Assembly (NCBI GenBank): GCA_963695855.1
Contig: CAVOHZ010000003.1
Coordinates: 64,001-128,000 of the forward strand
From: an uncultured Nitrososphaerales archaeon
Lineage (GTDB): Archaea > Thermoproteota > Nitrososphaeria > Nitrososphaerales > Nitrososphaeraceae
Length of the DNA: 64,000 bases
Direction: 5' to 3'
Shown here: positions 1 to 10,960 of the stretch, piece by piece
Layout of the letters: each line of letters begins with the position of its first letter
How positions within the stretch are numbered: position 1 is the first letter of the stretch
The notes under the pieces: generated by a model
Databases searched by the model: none
What the model saw: only the letters and a program-made list of their open reading frames with translations
Told to the model about the DNA's origin: nothing
Program-made: the position numbers and the translations under genes

Positions 1-76
1 TCATAGATTAATTAACACGGGGAGATATTGATAACTTTTATGTATATGGACTGTCTCCAGTAATGGTCCCCTTATT

Positions 77-205
77 TCATTCAAAACCAGACTCGTTGTT
101 GTCATCGAAATCGTCTTCTTTAATTTCTTCAAATTCATCATCTATGCCTACTTCATCATCCTCTTCATCTTCTTCTAAACCATCTTTCTCTGGCACTTCC
201 TCCAT
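77..205 (-). CDS. small, very acidic peptide (42 aa, MEEVPEKDGLEEDEEDDEVGIDDEFEEIKEDDFDDNNESGFE)
   Basis: Manual translation from ATG 205 to TGA 77; below the ORF-track cutoff; purine-rich GAR/GAY codon pattern. Confidence 0.45.
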   Translation of the reverse strand: MEEVPEKDGLEEDEEDDEVGIDDEFEEIKEDDFDDNNESGFE

Positions 206-339
206 TTTGCGATTACAAATTAATCATGTCTAAGAATATAACCGTTAGGGAATCGCATAATTTGTTGATACGTAAATTCTTGTATGGCAAGACTGAAATA
301 AATGAAGGATATATTTAGAATAGAGAGGAAGAGAAAATA

Positions 340-1098
340 ATGATTGACCGTTTAGAAGAACACAAGATTGTTTCCAAGGAAGAGTGGATCGAGGCTCGTA
401 AGGCACTACTCAAGAAGGAGAAAGAGTTTACAATCTTGCGCGACCAACTTAGCCAGCAACGACGCGATCTCCCGTGGGTAGCCGTTAATAAAGAGTATGT
501 TTTTGAGGGAGAGAATGGAAAACAAACTCTCTCAGAGCTTTTTGACGGAAGAAGTCAATTAATAGTATATCATTTTATGTTTGATCCAAGCTGGGAGGCA
601 GGATGTTTGCATTGTTCCTTTTGGGCGGACAATTTCAATGGAATAATTGTGCACTTGAACCATAGGGATACGACCATGATCGCTGTTTCACGGGCGCCGT
701 ACAGTAAGCTGGCAGGGTACCAAAAGCGGATGGGGTGGGATTTCAAGTGGGTTTCTTCTTATGATACAGATTTCAATTTCGATTACCACGTTTCATTCAC
801 GCAGGAAGAGTTAGCCAAGAAGAAAGGCTTCTACAACTTCGTTGCCCAAGACACAAATAGTCCAGAGCGAGAAGGAGTAAGCGTATTTTTTAAAGACCCT
901 ACTGGTCGCATCTTCCTCACCTATTCAGCATATGCCCGTGGCATCGATATGTTAAATGTTGCGTACCACTATCTTGACCTGGTTCCCAAGGGTAGAGATG
1001 AGACTGGTCACGAATTTCGTCAATTCTGGGTACGCCGCCATAATGAATACAACGAATCCTCTTTCTCCACCTGGCTCCCTTCCTCAAACTATAAATAG
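340..1098 (+). CDS. DUF899 thioredoxin-like family protein
   Basis: Motifs EW..AR..LL.KEKE.T..RD.L...RR.LPW, LF.GRSQLIVYHFM, C..CSF, MGW.F.W.SS, YLDL.P.GRDE. Confidence 0.9.
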   Translation: MIDRLEEHKIVSKEEWIEARKALLKKEKEFTILRDQLSQQRRDLPWVAVNKEYVFEGENGKQTLSELFDGRSQLIVYHFMFDPSWEAGCLHCSFWADNFNGIIVHLNHRDTTMIAVSRAPYSKLAGYQKRMGWDFKWVSSYDTDFNFDYHVSFTQEELAKKKGFYNFVAQDTNSPEREGVSVFFKDPTGRIFLTYSAYARGIDMLNVAYHYLDLVPKGRDETGHEFRQFWVRRHNEYNESSFSTWLPSSNYK

Positions 1099-1429
1099 GT
1101 AATATTAATACTACTCGTGTTCGTAGTTTAAGACAATTTACGATACTCTCGTTCACACAAGATAATCATGATAAATGGTAATACCTAGCGCAATCTTTTT
1201 TTGCACGCATGGCAAATCATATTCAAAACAAACAGACAAGATTGTCAAAATACTGGTGGATAATCTCGTTCAGGTCTATCTTAAACTAGCAATTTGTGTT
1301 AAAATCTCTCCACCTTTGTATGGATCTTTACATTCTCTATATTTCATCCTCATCTCTTTTTCAATAAACTCTGCTTTGTCTATCTTATCTAAATGCTGAT
1401 CCACAAATCCTACTTCTGCCTTTAGGTAG

Positions 1430-1950
1430 AGTCTTTCCATCTTCATCTTTCATGGGACTAATATGTTTCCATTGAAGCTGTTCCCATTGCACCCATCCTG
1501 ATCCCAGATGAGAGCATTACAGTACGATGGGTTTTAGTCTCATATCTAGAGCATTTAATAATTTTTTATTTCCGTAAATTGTGGAATTCTATCTACTGCA
1601 AACTTTCTACCATTTGGAACTCCTTTTCTTATGTATTTCCAATTTAGTAAAATATTATCCACATCACAGAACGTCTTCAAGGGTTTGATGTAGTTGATCA
1701 TTGTAGTATTGGTTATCTCCTTGTTTTTAACCCGCTCTTTTTGGAAATATATAAAATCTATAAGATGAGATTGAAGCCATTCTCTACCTTCTGACAGAAT
1801 CAAATCTTAAAGTTTGTTGGTTCGTTCTTTTACGTTTTCGCCATCTAACTGTAAAAATGTAAGAAAAACATCTAACCTTCTTGGCCACTGCCTCTTCGTT
1901 TCAGGAGCCCTTTAGAGCTTACTCAAATGAGGAAAAAGCGTCTTTTTTGT
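1430..1950 (-). pseudogene. tyrosine integrase remnant (frameshifted, truncated)
   Basis: Fragments in several frames: APETKRQWPRRL, NYIKPLKTFC..N...NWK.I.KG.P, DRIP, MLSSGIRMGA (catalytic Arg motif), QWKHI; lies next to the att copy at 2014. Confidence 0.8.
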
Positions 1951-2013
1951 TATCTGCCTAAGCGTTTTAATAATTATAATAGCGTGGGCCTAAATAAAGT
2001 TACAGATTCGCAA

Positions 2014-2059
2014 TGGGCCTAAAGGGGTTTGAGCACTGCGTGTAATAGGGTTCAATAAC
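2014..2059 (-). repeat. att site (tRNA 3'-end duplication); family A att-like repeat
   Basis: 19 bp identical to the tRNA-CAT 3' end; the whole site aligns ungapped with 6497 at 32/46; a shorter copy GTGGGCCTAAA lies at 1984-1994. Confidence 0.85.
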
Positions 2060-2347
2060 CTTGAATAAAACCTTAAGAGTTTATTTATAAACAAAGTAAA
2101 ATCAAAGAACTTTAAATAATAAATCAGTCATTAAGAGAGAATGACAAGGTAAAAGAAGATGATGCATTGACTCGTTTATCTGGCTAATTATTACTTCTTT
2201 TAAGTCAAAGAATATACAACAACAGTTAGAAAGAAAACAAATGATATAATCTGTAAAAATTCTATCTATGAAAATGAGTTAAGAAGAATTTGAACCCAAT
2301 TTCTTATATTCACTGATGTATTCTTTTGTAATTGTAATTTCACTTAT

Positions 2348-3343
2348 TTATTTACATGAACTATCTATTCTTGCACATACATCAGCCACTTTGTACAAAT
2401 CTTTTATTACTCTTTTTTCACAATCTGAATTTTGATCAGGAAAATCATCAGAAGTAACACATCCAAAAAACATATCACCTCGTACTATAGGTCCAACTTC
2501 TGTATTTCTATTAAAGGTAAATGGGATTGCAAGTCTATTACTATTGCTTTTTCCTCCTTCTCCTCCTAGTTCATTTTGTACATTAACTTTTTTAATTTGA
2601 CTTTCACCTTTTACCATTGCAACAACATACATATCGTTTATGTCTTTGCTATCAAATATAGGAACATTTATTGTAATTTTTACATCTTTTGGACTTTTTT
2701 GTGTATTTGGAACAGTACCAGAGGTTTTGTAAAGTAAATTAGATTCATTATATTTTTTTAGTGTATAAAATAGTTTAACTGTATCTTTATCAGTAGAAGT
2801 TAAACCAATATTACCTTCATCACAATCATACAATGGAAGGTTAGTAGATGTTGTTGTTGTAGTAGTAACAGCATTACTAGCATTTAGTTTACCATCAAGT
2901 ACATATCCACATACATAATATTCATCATCAAACATTACTTGAGAAATATCATTACTTTTCTTGAATTTTAAATCAACGGTTAAAGAATTATCTTGTAAAT
3001 TTATATTATTATTATGATTATTTTTATTATTATCTTTTTTTAAATCTACATATATTGTTTTTCCTTCACCATTAAGATAACCAACTATTTTTAATGAATC
3101 ATGGTTTTTAATATCACTATTATTTAAATTTATTTTTGTCTTTATAATAGTGAGATCAGAAGCAGTAGTAGAAGTAGTAGCACCATTGTTGTTGTTCTTT
3201 TCATAGTCATTTTTATTTTCATAGGGTTGTGCAGTTATAGAATTAGCCTGCTGCTCAACAAATAACAATATAGAGGAAGATACTAAAATAAAAAATAATC
3301 CTAATCCAAAATAAAATTTATTTATCTTTATTTTCAAATTCAT
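2348..3343 (-). CDS. secreted or membrane-anchored hypothetical protein with two similar Cys-pair domains
   Basis: N-terminal hydrophobic helix; YYVCGY...DCDEG and FFGCVT...DCEKR are repeated motifs. Confidence 0.75.
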   Translation of the reverse strand: MNLKIKINKFYFGLGLFFILVSSSILLFVEQQANSITAQPYENKNDYEKNNNNGATTSTTASDLTIIKTKINLNNSDIKNHDSLKIVGYLNGEGKTIYVDLKKDNNKNNHNNNINLQDNSLTVDLKFKKSNDISQVMFDDEYYVCGYVLDGKLNASNAVTTTTTTSTNLPLYDCDEGNIGLTSTDKDTVKLFYTLKKYNESNLLYKTSGTVPNTQKSPKDVKITINVPIFDSKDINDMYVVAMVKGESQIKKVNVQNELGGEGGKSNSNRLAIPFTFNRNTEVGPIVRGDMFFGCVTSDDFPDQNSDCEKRVIKDLYKVADVCARIDSSCK

Positions 3344-3998
3344 AATTCAAAATCTATTCAATAAATAATATAACGATCAAGATCAATTTCATTATAGAGA
3401 TAAGTGAATCTAATTTAACTTTTATAATTGATATATATTATTGACTTAAAATTGTGTGTATAATAGTTGTCATAGCCTGAACTAGATTTATTGATTGGGA
3501 TTATAGATACATACGAGTCCAGACTATATGATGACAACGACGACTTGGTGGTTTGCCTCTTGATTTAAGAGCGAAGTCATTTAGTGATAAATGAGGAATT
3601 TATTAATTTCTAAATTCCTTGTTTTCTATTTTGAAATTCGATAATATTTCTGATGAAATAATTTTTATTTTATTAGAAGCAACCAACCATTTACTAGTAT
3701 ATAGGTCTAATTACTCAGTAAAAAACACTAGCGATATACAAGTTTTATGACTAGTACATTTTAAGGGCTGTACTCTTCTTTAACAATCTTATGCGAAATA
3801 AAAATCTAGTCATTCTTTACGACGAAAACATTTACATATATCTTGATAAATCACTATTATCATCATCATCCTTCTTATTTTGTTATCTATATAGAATATT
3901 AAATTATTTTTAGAATAGTCCAGTGATAATTAAAACTTGATAAGATTGATTTTAAATACTTAAGAAAGTATATAAATGTGAAATAGATACAAGAGGCA

Positions 3999-4031
3999 AG
4001 TAATACCGATAGCGGTTCTAAAATATGGGTC
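3999..4031 (-). repeat. family B att-like repeat
   Basis: AGTAATACCGATAGCGGTTCTAAAATATGGGTC matches 9643, 13187, 14567 and 18739. Confidence 0.85.
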
Positions 4032-4113
4032 TTAGATATGTTAATACAGAGGATATAACATTTACGGATTAACGTTATATAGAAATAATGATAAAAGTTG
4101 AATTGTACTACTT

Positions 4114-5229
4114 TCACAATTTTTTAATAGTATTTAATAATACCTTTTTCTCAACTGGTTTTATCAATATTTGTTCTTTGGCTAAACCAGGAACTATAGT
4201 TAATATTTCATCTGATATATCTAAAACAGTTATAAAAAGAATTTTAATTGTTGGGTCTATAGCTTTTATTTGTTGGTGTAATTGAAATCCATTCAAACCT
4301 TTCATTCGGATATCAAGTGTCACTAGTAAATCATCAAAATTTGAAAGGGCTTTGATATAATTCAATGCATCAGTAGAGTCTGTAAATGTAATTGTTTCAT
4401 AACCACTTTCATTTAAAAATGATTTAAAAGTAAGAAGTATTTCTGGGTCATCATCGACTAAAATAATTTTTTTGTTATTATTTTTTTGTTGAATAAAAAA
4501 TAAATCTTTTTTATTTTTAGTTTCTATAAAATCATCAGTAGAGTAACCTAAGCATTTATTCCTAAGAGCGGGTTTAATACTACTATCATCAATCAACGAC
4601 AATTTAACTCTTTTTATACTATATGTGGAATAGACAAAAGTTTCAGTTATTTTACATCCACCATTATTTATGAAATTGTAATCGTTAGCAATATTAGAAA
4701 AAGATTTTAGTATTCTATAACAATTATCTCCTATAATTATTTGATTAGCGATAGAATTAGGAGAAGAAGAAGAATTTATCTTCGAACAGAGGTTTACAGT
4801 TGACCCGAATAAATCTATCTGGCTATAATCTCCCGTTAATGCTAAATCTACAGTACCATAATCCATACTAATTCTATAGCTGAATAGAGGCAAGTTTTGC
4901 TTTGATAATTCTTGATTAACAAGATGACGGACATCTAAGATTTCCAAACCACATTCAATAACTTCTCTAAATGCTTTTTCGTTTTTATTATCAGATGTTT
5001 TAGGAAAATATAATAATAAAGAATCACCCATATTTTTAATAACTTTCCCACCATAACTTTTAACTATTTCTGATATTGAATTTATAAATTTAGAATAATA
5101 GATTCTAATATGTTCTAAATTGTCTATGGTAATTGTATTTTTAGTTGAATCTACTAAATCAATAAAAACTACACAACTCTTTACTGTATCACCAGAAAAT
5201 CTAATTTCTTTTGAAGAAAAATTTTTCAT
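4114..5229 (-). CDS. class III adenylate/guanylate cyclase domain fused to a C-terminal receiver domain
   Basis: FIDLVDST, VIKNMGD, DLFGSTVNLCSK; REC motifs IILVDDD, LDIRM..LNG, FIT, KP. Confidence 0.9.
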   Translation of the reverse strand: MKNFSSKEIRFSGDTVKSCVVFIDLVDSTKNTITIDNLEHIRIYYSKFINSISEIVKSYGGKVIKNMGDSLLLYFPKTSDNKNEKAFREVIECGLEILDVRHLVNQELSKQNLPLFSYRISMDYGTVDLALTGDYSQIDLFGSTVNLCSKINSSSSPNSIANQIIIGDNCYRILKSFSNIANDYNFINNGGCKITETFVYSTYSIKRVKLSLIDDSSIKPALRNKCLGYSTDDFIETKNKKDLFFIQQKNNNKKIILVDDDPEILLTFKSFLNESGYETITFTDSTDALNYIKALSNFDDLLVTLDIRMKGLNGFQLHQQIKAIDPTIKILFITVLDISDEILTIVPGLAKEQILIKPVEKKVLLNTIKKL

Positions 5230-5288
5230 TTAATATTGCTCACAAAATTAAATAACTGAATGTTTTATTCTAGAATAAAAAATAAGTA

Positions 5289-5858
5289 TTAGTAGGATTT
5301 TTGAATATTATTTACAAAGCTAAGGAAGTTTTGAACTGAGTTGTTATAGTATTTTTGTCCAAGTTCTATAGATTTGTTAAAGTTTTCTATATATTCTAAT
5401 ACATAGTCATGTATTCTTCCTGTAGTATTTACTACTGTATTATTTGTAGTATTGTCGTTGGCATTATTATAAACATCTGTATATTTTTGTGGATAGATAA
5501 ATTTATTCCAATAAGATTTGTTATTGTTGAATGTATTATCTATAAATTTAGAAAATACTGATTGATAGGTAATAAGTATATTCTTTTGTAAATCTACGTA
5601 ATTGTCTGAGATTGAATGAATTACGTTAATGGTTTGTTGTTGATATTTGTTTGCAGTATCTATACTTTTTTGAAGATTATAATTATTTGTATTTTGAGAT
5701 TCATTGATAGCATTAGTAACCTTATTTGTAGTATCTTGAATATTTGATGTTGACTTTTCTACCTGTCGTTTTTGTTGGTTTGCAAAGTTCTCTGCTTCTT
5801 CTTTTATATAGTTACTTGGTTTTTTATTTTCTTCTTTTAAATTTGTCATATTAAACAA
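5289..5858 (-). CDS. N/Q-rich helical hypothetical protein (phasin-like)
   Basis: Shares YQ.QTI....I..(N/D)(Y/F)...QK with ORFs 17844 and 24584; the phasin assignment is inference. Confidence 0.7.
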   Translation of the reverse strand: MFNMTNLKEENKKPSNYIKEEAENFANQQKRQVEKSTSNIQDTTNKVTNAINESQNTNNYNLQKSIDTANKYQQQTINVIHSISDNYVDLQKNILITYQSVFSKFIDNTFNNNKSYWNKFIYPQKYTDVYNNANDNTTNNTVVNTTGRIHDYVLEYIENFNKSIELGQKYYNNSVQNFLSFVNNIQKSY

Positions 5859-6496
5859 AGTTACGTGAGCTTAGGTACCTTATAAATTATAATAAAATAG
5901 AAAAATAAAAGTAAGAATTAGATAATATTATACTAAAATATGTATAAAATAGATATTAGTTCATATGTTTTATATTACTAACAAGTTAACTGTTTATTTT
6001 AGCAAAAAATGGAAATTATCTTCTAGTCCACTTACAATAAGCCCTTTTTGGATGACAAATTCTAAAGAGAATTTAATTAAATTAAATATACTTTTTGTGA
6101 TATAATAGAACTATTAGCAAATGATTCATTTTCTTTTCCAAACTTAAGGTAAATTCATAAATTTAACAGAACTCTCTCAATTGACTATAATATAGTTATA
6201 GTAAATCTTATGAATCGTGATATATCTAATCAAAGATTGTAATATTCTCGTCTAAAGATTTCATATCAATAAATTTTAAATTTTATCTGAATAAGAAATG
6301 TAGTAACTACTAGTAGTCTGTCAATTGTAACGAAAAAACCGTAAGTAGTTGAATAAGTTGTAGAACTGAATCATTTATAACACAATTCTTTGGTATTCAA
6401 GCTATTAATAATAAAAAGAAATCCTATAATAAGGAGTATTAGTCTGACTACCTTTTTTTATACTTGTTTTCAAAATAGATGAATCCGACAAAACTG

Positions 6497-6576
6497 TGGG
6501 CACATCGGGATTAGAATCCTCCATGTAGTAGGGTTCTATTACATACTGTTTAGCTTTTATTATTAGAAACTTAATT
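6497..6576 (-). repeat. family A att-like repeat
   Basis: TGGGCACATCGGGATTAGAATCC...GTAGTAGGGTTCTA...TTTAGCTTTTATTATTAGAAACTTAATT; homologous to 14442-14522 and 2014-2059. Confidence 0.8.
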
Positions 6577-6881
6577 AAAATATAAAAATCAAAATCCGTT
6601 TAAAAGTTTGTCATTTATCTTACTGAGATTTATTATGGAGAGCATCTTTTTGAATTAATATGAACATCATTTTATAAAAAGAAATCCCTAATTTGGATGC
6701 CTCAAAATCTATATTTTTTATTGTTTCATTATTTGATGAAGATAGTATAAATTCATCAATAATTTTTTTGAATTTAAAATCATCATGGTGTTGGAACACA
6801 AGCCTAGTCTATCAATATAGTTATTATTAGTTTCTTAGAAATGTTAATGACAGGCATGCATAACGTTTGACTAATAGTATT

Positions 6882-7079
6882 CTAGAAAGACCAAAGATAA
6901 ATGAATACTATATAAGAAATCGCATACCATAATATACTATTTACTATTAGAGTAAATAAAAAACCAAAATAATATGTCATAATAATTCCAGTAATAGTAC
7001 CACCTATCAGATAAGGGATTTGTCGTTTTATTATTGACTTTAAAATTGCATCCAAATTACAACAATAAATACACAACAT
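6882..7079 (-). CDS. small membrane protein (possibly a fragment)
   Basis: Hydrophobic PYLIGGTITGIIMTYYFGF...W segment. Confidence 0.45.
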   Translation of the reverse strand: MLCIYCCNLDAILKSIIKRQIPYLIGGTITGIIMTYYFGFLFTLIVNSILWYAISYIVFIYLWSF

Positions 7080-7336
7080 CCTATAATAGTAGCAGTAGCA
7101 GCCCAGTTTTGCAGTCTTTTTCTTTTTTTGATAAACTTAATCTTCCTTCATGAATCTCTATAAAAATTCTAAAACGGAGAGAATTAACATAAGTATAAAA
7201 TAAACTCTGAAATAACTTATTATATGTCACAAGCTGAATGGTTTACGACTTATTTACAATACGAAAATCTTAAAGATATGTTAAGTGTTATACTCTATAC
7301 ATCATAATCCTTTATGACTATAACCCCATTACTTTA

Positions 7337-8263
7337 GGTAATACCTACATAGTTGGAGCAGATTTTATCATTAATTTTGATAATTCATAGAAAATATCCT
7401 TCTCCCTGTTATTGAATCTGAATTCTATCTCTTTTAGATATACATGAAAATACTGTTTAGGTACTCCCCTGTAATGATACAACCATGTCTTGGCATAACT
7501 CCAGAATCCTTCAATTCTATTAATATGGGTATCTTCTCTTACATATTCATCTCTTCCATGTGCAACGACTTGATGTTTTCCAATCATATTCAACATTGCA
7601 TATGCAGTATGGTCATCAGAATAGTACAACGATCCTTTCTTGGTATATTGTTTTATCAAGGGAATAAGTGTCTCATGTTTTCTATCAGATACTGGAAATG
7701 TAATAACAATTCCATTTCTCTTGTAGATACCAAATACCAGATTTTTGTGCTCAATTACACCCCATCCTCTCTTGCCACCTTTTCTATAACCACCAAATAA
7801 CGCTTCATCAATTTCAATCTCACCAGATAACTTTAATTCATGTAGTTGTTGTAGCGATTTATCATATATCGTTTGTCTAAATAATCGAAATGTTCTTTCT
7901 ATTGTTGATAGATCACATGATACATAAAATCTAATTCTATATGCAGGTACTCCTAATGTAAATAGATAAAGTAAGTGTATGATATTGCTAAGCGATGTTC
8001 GTATCTGTCCGAGATATGTACCTGTAAATTCACTAAAATTATATCTGCAACGTTTACAGCCATACCTATTTGATTTCAGATAATATAGAAGTCTATACCT
8101 ACATCTAGGACATATTCTTTTTCCATTCCATCTAAGATTACGAAAATATATACTACTTTTCTTATCGCTTGATGCTAGGTCTATTGGATCATATTTACGC
8201 ACAAATATGTATAAAATAACATATCATGTGTTTATTTTTTGCTCCAAATGTACAGGTATTACC
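7337..8263 (-). mobile_element. complete IS1595-family insertion sequence (927 bp)
   Basis: 24-bp imperfect TIRs GGTAATACCT..A.A.TTGGAGCA; 8-bp TSD TTACTTTA at 7329-7336 and 8264-8271. Confidence 0.95.
7345..8202 (-). CDS. IS1595/ISXO2-like transposase
   Basis: Zn finger CPRC..CKRC; EIDE, YSDD, HIN.IEGFW, YL.E..FRFN.R. Confidence 0.95.
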   Translation of the reverse strand: MRKYDPIDLASSDKKSSIYFRNLRWNGKRICPRCRYRLLYYLKSNRYGCKRCRYNFSEFTGTYLGQIRTSLSNIIHLLYLFTLGVPAYRIRFYVSCDLSTIERTFRLFRQTIYDKSLQQLHELKLSGEIEIDEALFGGYRKGGKRGWGVIEHKNLVFGIYKRNGIVITFPVSDRKHETLIPLIKQYTKKGSLYYSDDHTAYAMLNMIGKHQVVAHGRDEYVREDTHINRIEGFWSYAKTWLYHYRGVPKQYFHVYLKEIEFRFNNREKDIFYELSKLMIKSAPTM

Positions 8264-8678
8264 TTACTTTATAATATTACATATCAAAATAAAGAAATAC
8301 TGTTTGTCCACACAGGAATAGTTGGAGGCATTATTTCTCATTATTATGTAATTCAAGATAAACCAAATAAGAGGTATATTGAATTAAATAAAATCACAGG
8401 AGACTTCAATTTTATAGATACTATTGGTAATAATACTCAATCAATTTATATTCCAATAGTAAAATTGATAAAATCTACACTTAAGTTTCCGATAGATTCT
8501 GTGGATGAAGATTAATGTACATACTTGACAAAAGAGATTTGGCATTTATTAATAACGGCGAGTAATTACCGTCAAACTTTCAAGAAAGAATTTTTTCACA
8601 ACAAATTTAGTTCCCACTACTACATTAGAGGGATTGGTGTCAGGGTCATCATTATCACATTTTAATTTCATTACAACA

Positions 8679-9020
8679 TCATTTCTTTAAAAAATCTATT
8701 GTAGATTTAGTATCTTGAAAGATTTTTGATTCTTTTAATATAAGATTATTGAAATCAGATGAAATATCAAGAGGAGTATTGTTAAGGGTGATTATACATT
8801 TGATACCAGCCTTGTTTGCTGCTTCTACTCCCAAAGGACCGTTTTCTACTACTATGCATTCAGATGGTTTTAGATTGATTTTCTGTAATGCTTTAACAAA
8901 TGGTGTAGAATGTGGTTTCCCCTCATCTATATCATCAGCAGAGATTAGAATATCAAAATTTTTCAATCCAATCAATTTATCAATAGTTGTTTCTATCTCA
9001 TTCTTTTCTCTGACACTCAA
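8679..9020 (-). pseudogene. HAD-superfamily hydrolase, C-terminal fragment
   Basis: GKP..TPF, C.VVEN.P.GVEAA..AG are present; the N-terminal DxD motif is missing. Confidence 0.75.
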
Positions 9021-9224
9021 AAATCAATACTATACAACAATTATATATTTAACCGTATACAGTACACAAAATTTGATAATTGTTTCATCTATTGATCTAA
9101 ATAAGATAGTAAATTCAATATTTATTCTGTTTACTGTTAAATATTTATTTATTAGGTTTATTTATCTTACATCTTTTTAATTATCTTTGTTGAAAATGAA
9201 TAAAATAAAGCTTTTTCCTATAAG

Positions 9225-9574
9225 TCAACTTAATAACTTTAACACATTGCTAATAATTTGTGCATGATCTGCTTCTACTTCTGTAGTAATAAGCATAAAT
9301 GCTCATCATCTAATGGAATAGTAATTCGTTTAATTTTTTCATATTCTGTCATTGAATATTTTCCTTTTCCTGTTTTTGGAGATAAGAACTTTCTCAATCC
9401 CCATCCTTCTAAAGCTTGTAAATTTGATTTTCTTGTTTCTTCATTAGTTAGGATATTTTTTACTCCTTCTTTTTGACCACCATGTTTTATATTTCCAGAT
9501 ACACCACATATTCATGCAAATCTTACTTTAGAATCCATCTGTAAAATAGATCTACATAAATTATCATAGTCCAT
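9225..9574 (-). pseudogene. thaumarchaeal roadblock-like (DUF6659-type) protein pseudogene
   Basis: MDYDNLCRSILQMDSKVRFA*ICGVSG...GKGKYSMTEYEKIKRITIPL; internal TGA plus a 3' frameshift. Confidence 0.65.
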
Positions 9575-9642
9575 ATATTAAATATTCAAAAATACAAATA
9601 TTAATAGTTTTTAGATACTTATTAATTTAGCGAATACACAAC

Positions 9643-9687
9643 GGGCCCGTCGGGAGTAACACCGATAGCGGTGCTAAAATAAGAGTC
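9643..9687 (-). repeat. family B att-like repeat with tRNA 3'-end-like part
   Basis: GGGCCCGTCGGGAGTAACACCGATAGCGGTGCTAAAATAAGAGTC; 40/45 identical to 13187-13231. Confidence 0.9.
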
Positions 9688-9856
9688 CAATTTTATATAA
9701 TATATATGTAAATTTAAGATTATATTGTATGTTTATAGTTATAGAAATTAGAATTCTAAATAAAATAGAATAAAACTCGAATATAATAGTGATTGCAAAA
9801 TGTTATAGAAAATAGTTATCTCCGTTTATAGCCAATCGCTAAAAAGGAATTTGAAT

Positions 9857-10501
9857 TTATTGTATTATCAAAACAGGTTTACTAATATGATTCATTATTT
9901 TTCTGACATCACTAAATAATGAGCTAAACCATGAATCTATATGATAAGTTAACATAACGACCAAATCATAGCTATTATTATTAATTTCATTCACTATTTC
10001 GTCAACTACATTACCAGTTAGAAATTTATAAGAAATTTTATTTTGACATCCAGCTTCTTGACATTTCTTTATTTTTTCTTCCATAGCATCTATTACATCA
10101 CCTTTGATATTTCTATGAAACTCTTTTTGATTATCCTTTTCTGATTTCTCATATGAGCCTTCTAAGGAAACATTTCCAAATTTTTCAAAATCGTGTAATA
10201 TACGAAGTATAATTAATTCTGCTCCAGTGGAATTGGATAAAGAGACAGCATAATTAAGTGCTTTATTTGATATATCTTTTCCATCATCAGTAACTAGTAT
10301 TTTCTTAAAAGAAGGAAGGTTATCTTTTGAAATTGAATAATCTTGTAATTCCCTGGATTTATTTCCTAATTGTGATTGTTGTTCTTCTTGTTCTATTTCT
10401 GGTGTAACACTTCCGTCAGGATGAATTGATTCACTTACTTCCATATCTAAAAGATTTTCTTTAGCATCTGAAGATATAGAAGGAGCTTTATCACTACTCA
10501 T
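9857..10501 (-). CDS. universal stress protein (USP)
   Basis: KKILVTDDG...S.KAL.YA..L; G...DEIV, DLVVM, KPVLII. Confidence 0.9.
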   Translation of the reverse strand: MSSDKAPSISSDAKENLLDMEVSESIHPDGSVTPEIEQEEQQSQLGNKSRELQDYSISKDNLPSFKKILVTDDGKDISNKALNYAVSLSNSTGAELIILRILHDFEKFGNVSLEGSYEKSEKDNQKEFHRNIKGDVIDAMEEKIKKCQEAGCQNKISYKFLTGNVVDEIVNEINNNSYDLVVMLTYHIDSWFSSLFSDVRKIMNHISKPVLIIQ

Positions 10502-10960
10502 AATATAATGGTTGATTACAAATATATAACTATATTTTAATTCATAAAAATATAAATCCTAATTATTTTATAATACAAGACAGATCATTGCAATATGGGT
10601 AACTGTATACGTAATTATCAAAGTTACAGAAATTAGTATAAAATTTAATAAGCTAAGCAAAATGTTAAAATAACAATTTTTAAATGAAAAATCTAGTCTA
10701 TCAAAAAATGAATAAATTATCATACTATTTTTATTATGTTCATTAGGAAGTAACAATTTTTTTCACATTATACAATTATGAAAATAAATTTTGCAAAAGA
10801 TTGAAATAGATGATTAGGAACCAAATGCCATTGTAATTAAATTAAATCTTATTATCATTGTAACTATTTAATATAAATTACTAACCATCTTCTCATTCAG
10901 GTGAATTGGCTCTTTAAAAGACATAAAGAGGTGTGTGTATAGATAATTGTTATTTGTTAT

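Larger units (their letters stand above)
7314..8515 (+). pseudogene. small hypothetical gene interrupted by IS1595
   Basis: Removing the IS plus one TSD restores MTITPLLYNITYQNKEILFVHTGIVGG... in frame. Confidence 0.65.

Noticed and set aside
3480-3830. Possible decayed IS or gene fragment
   Set aside because: No continuous frame or diagnostic motif could be established by eye.
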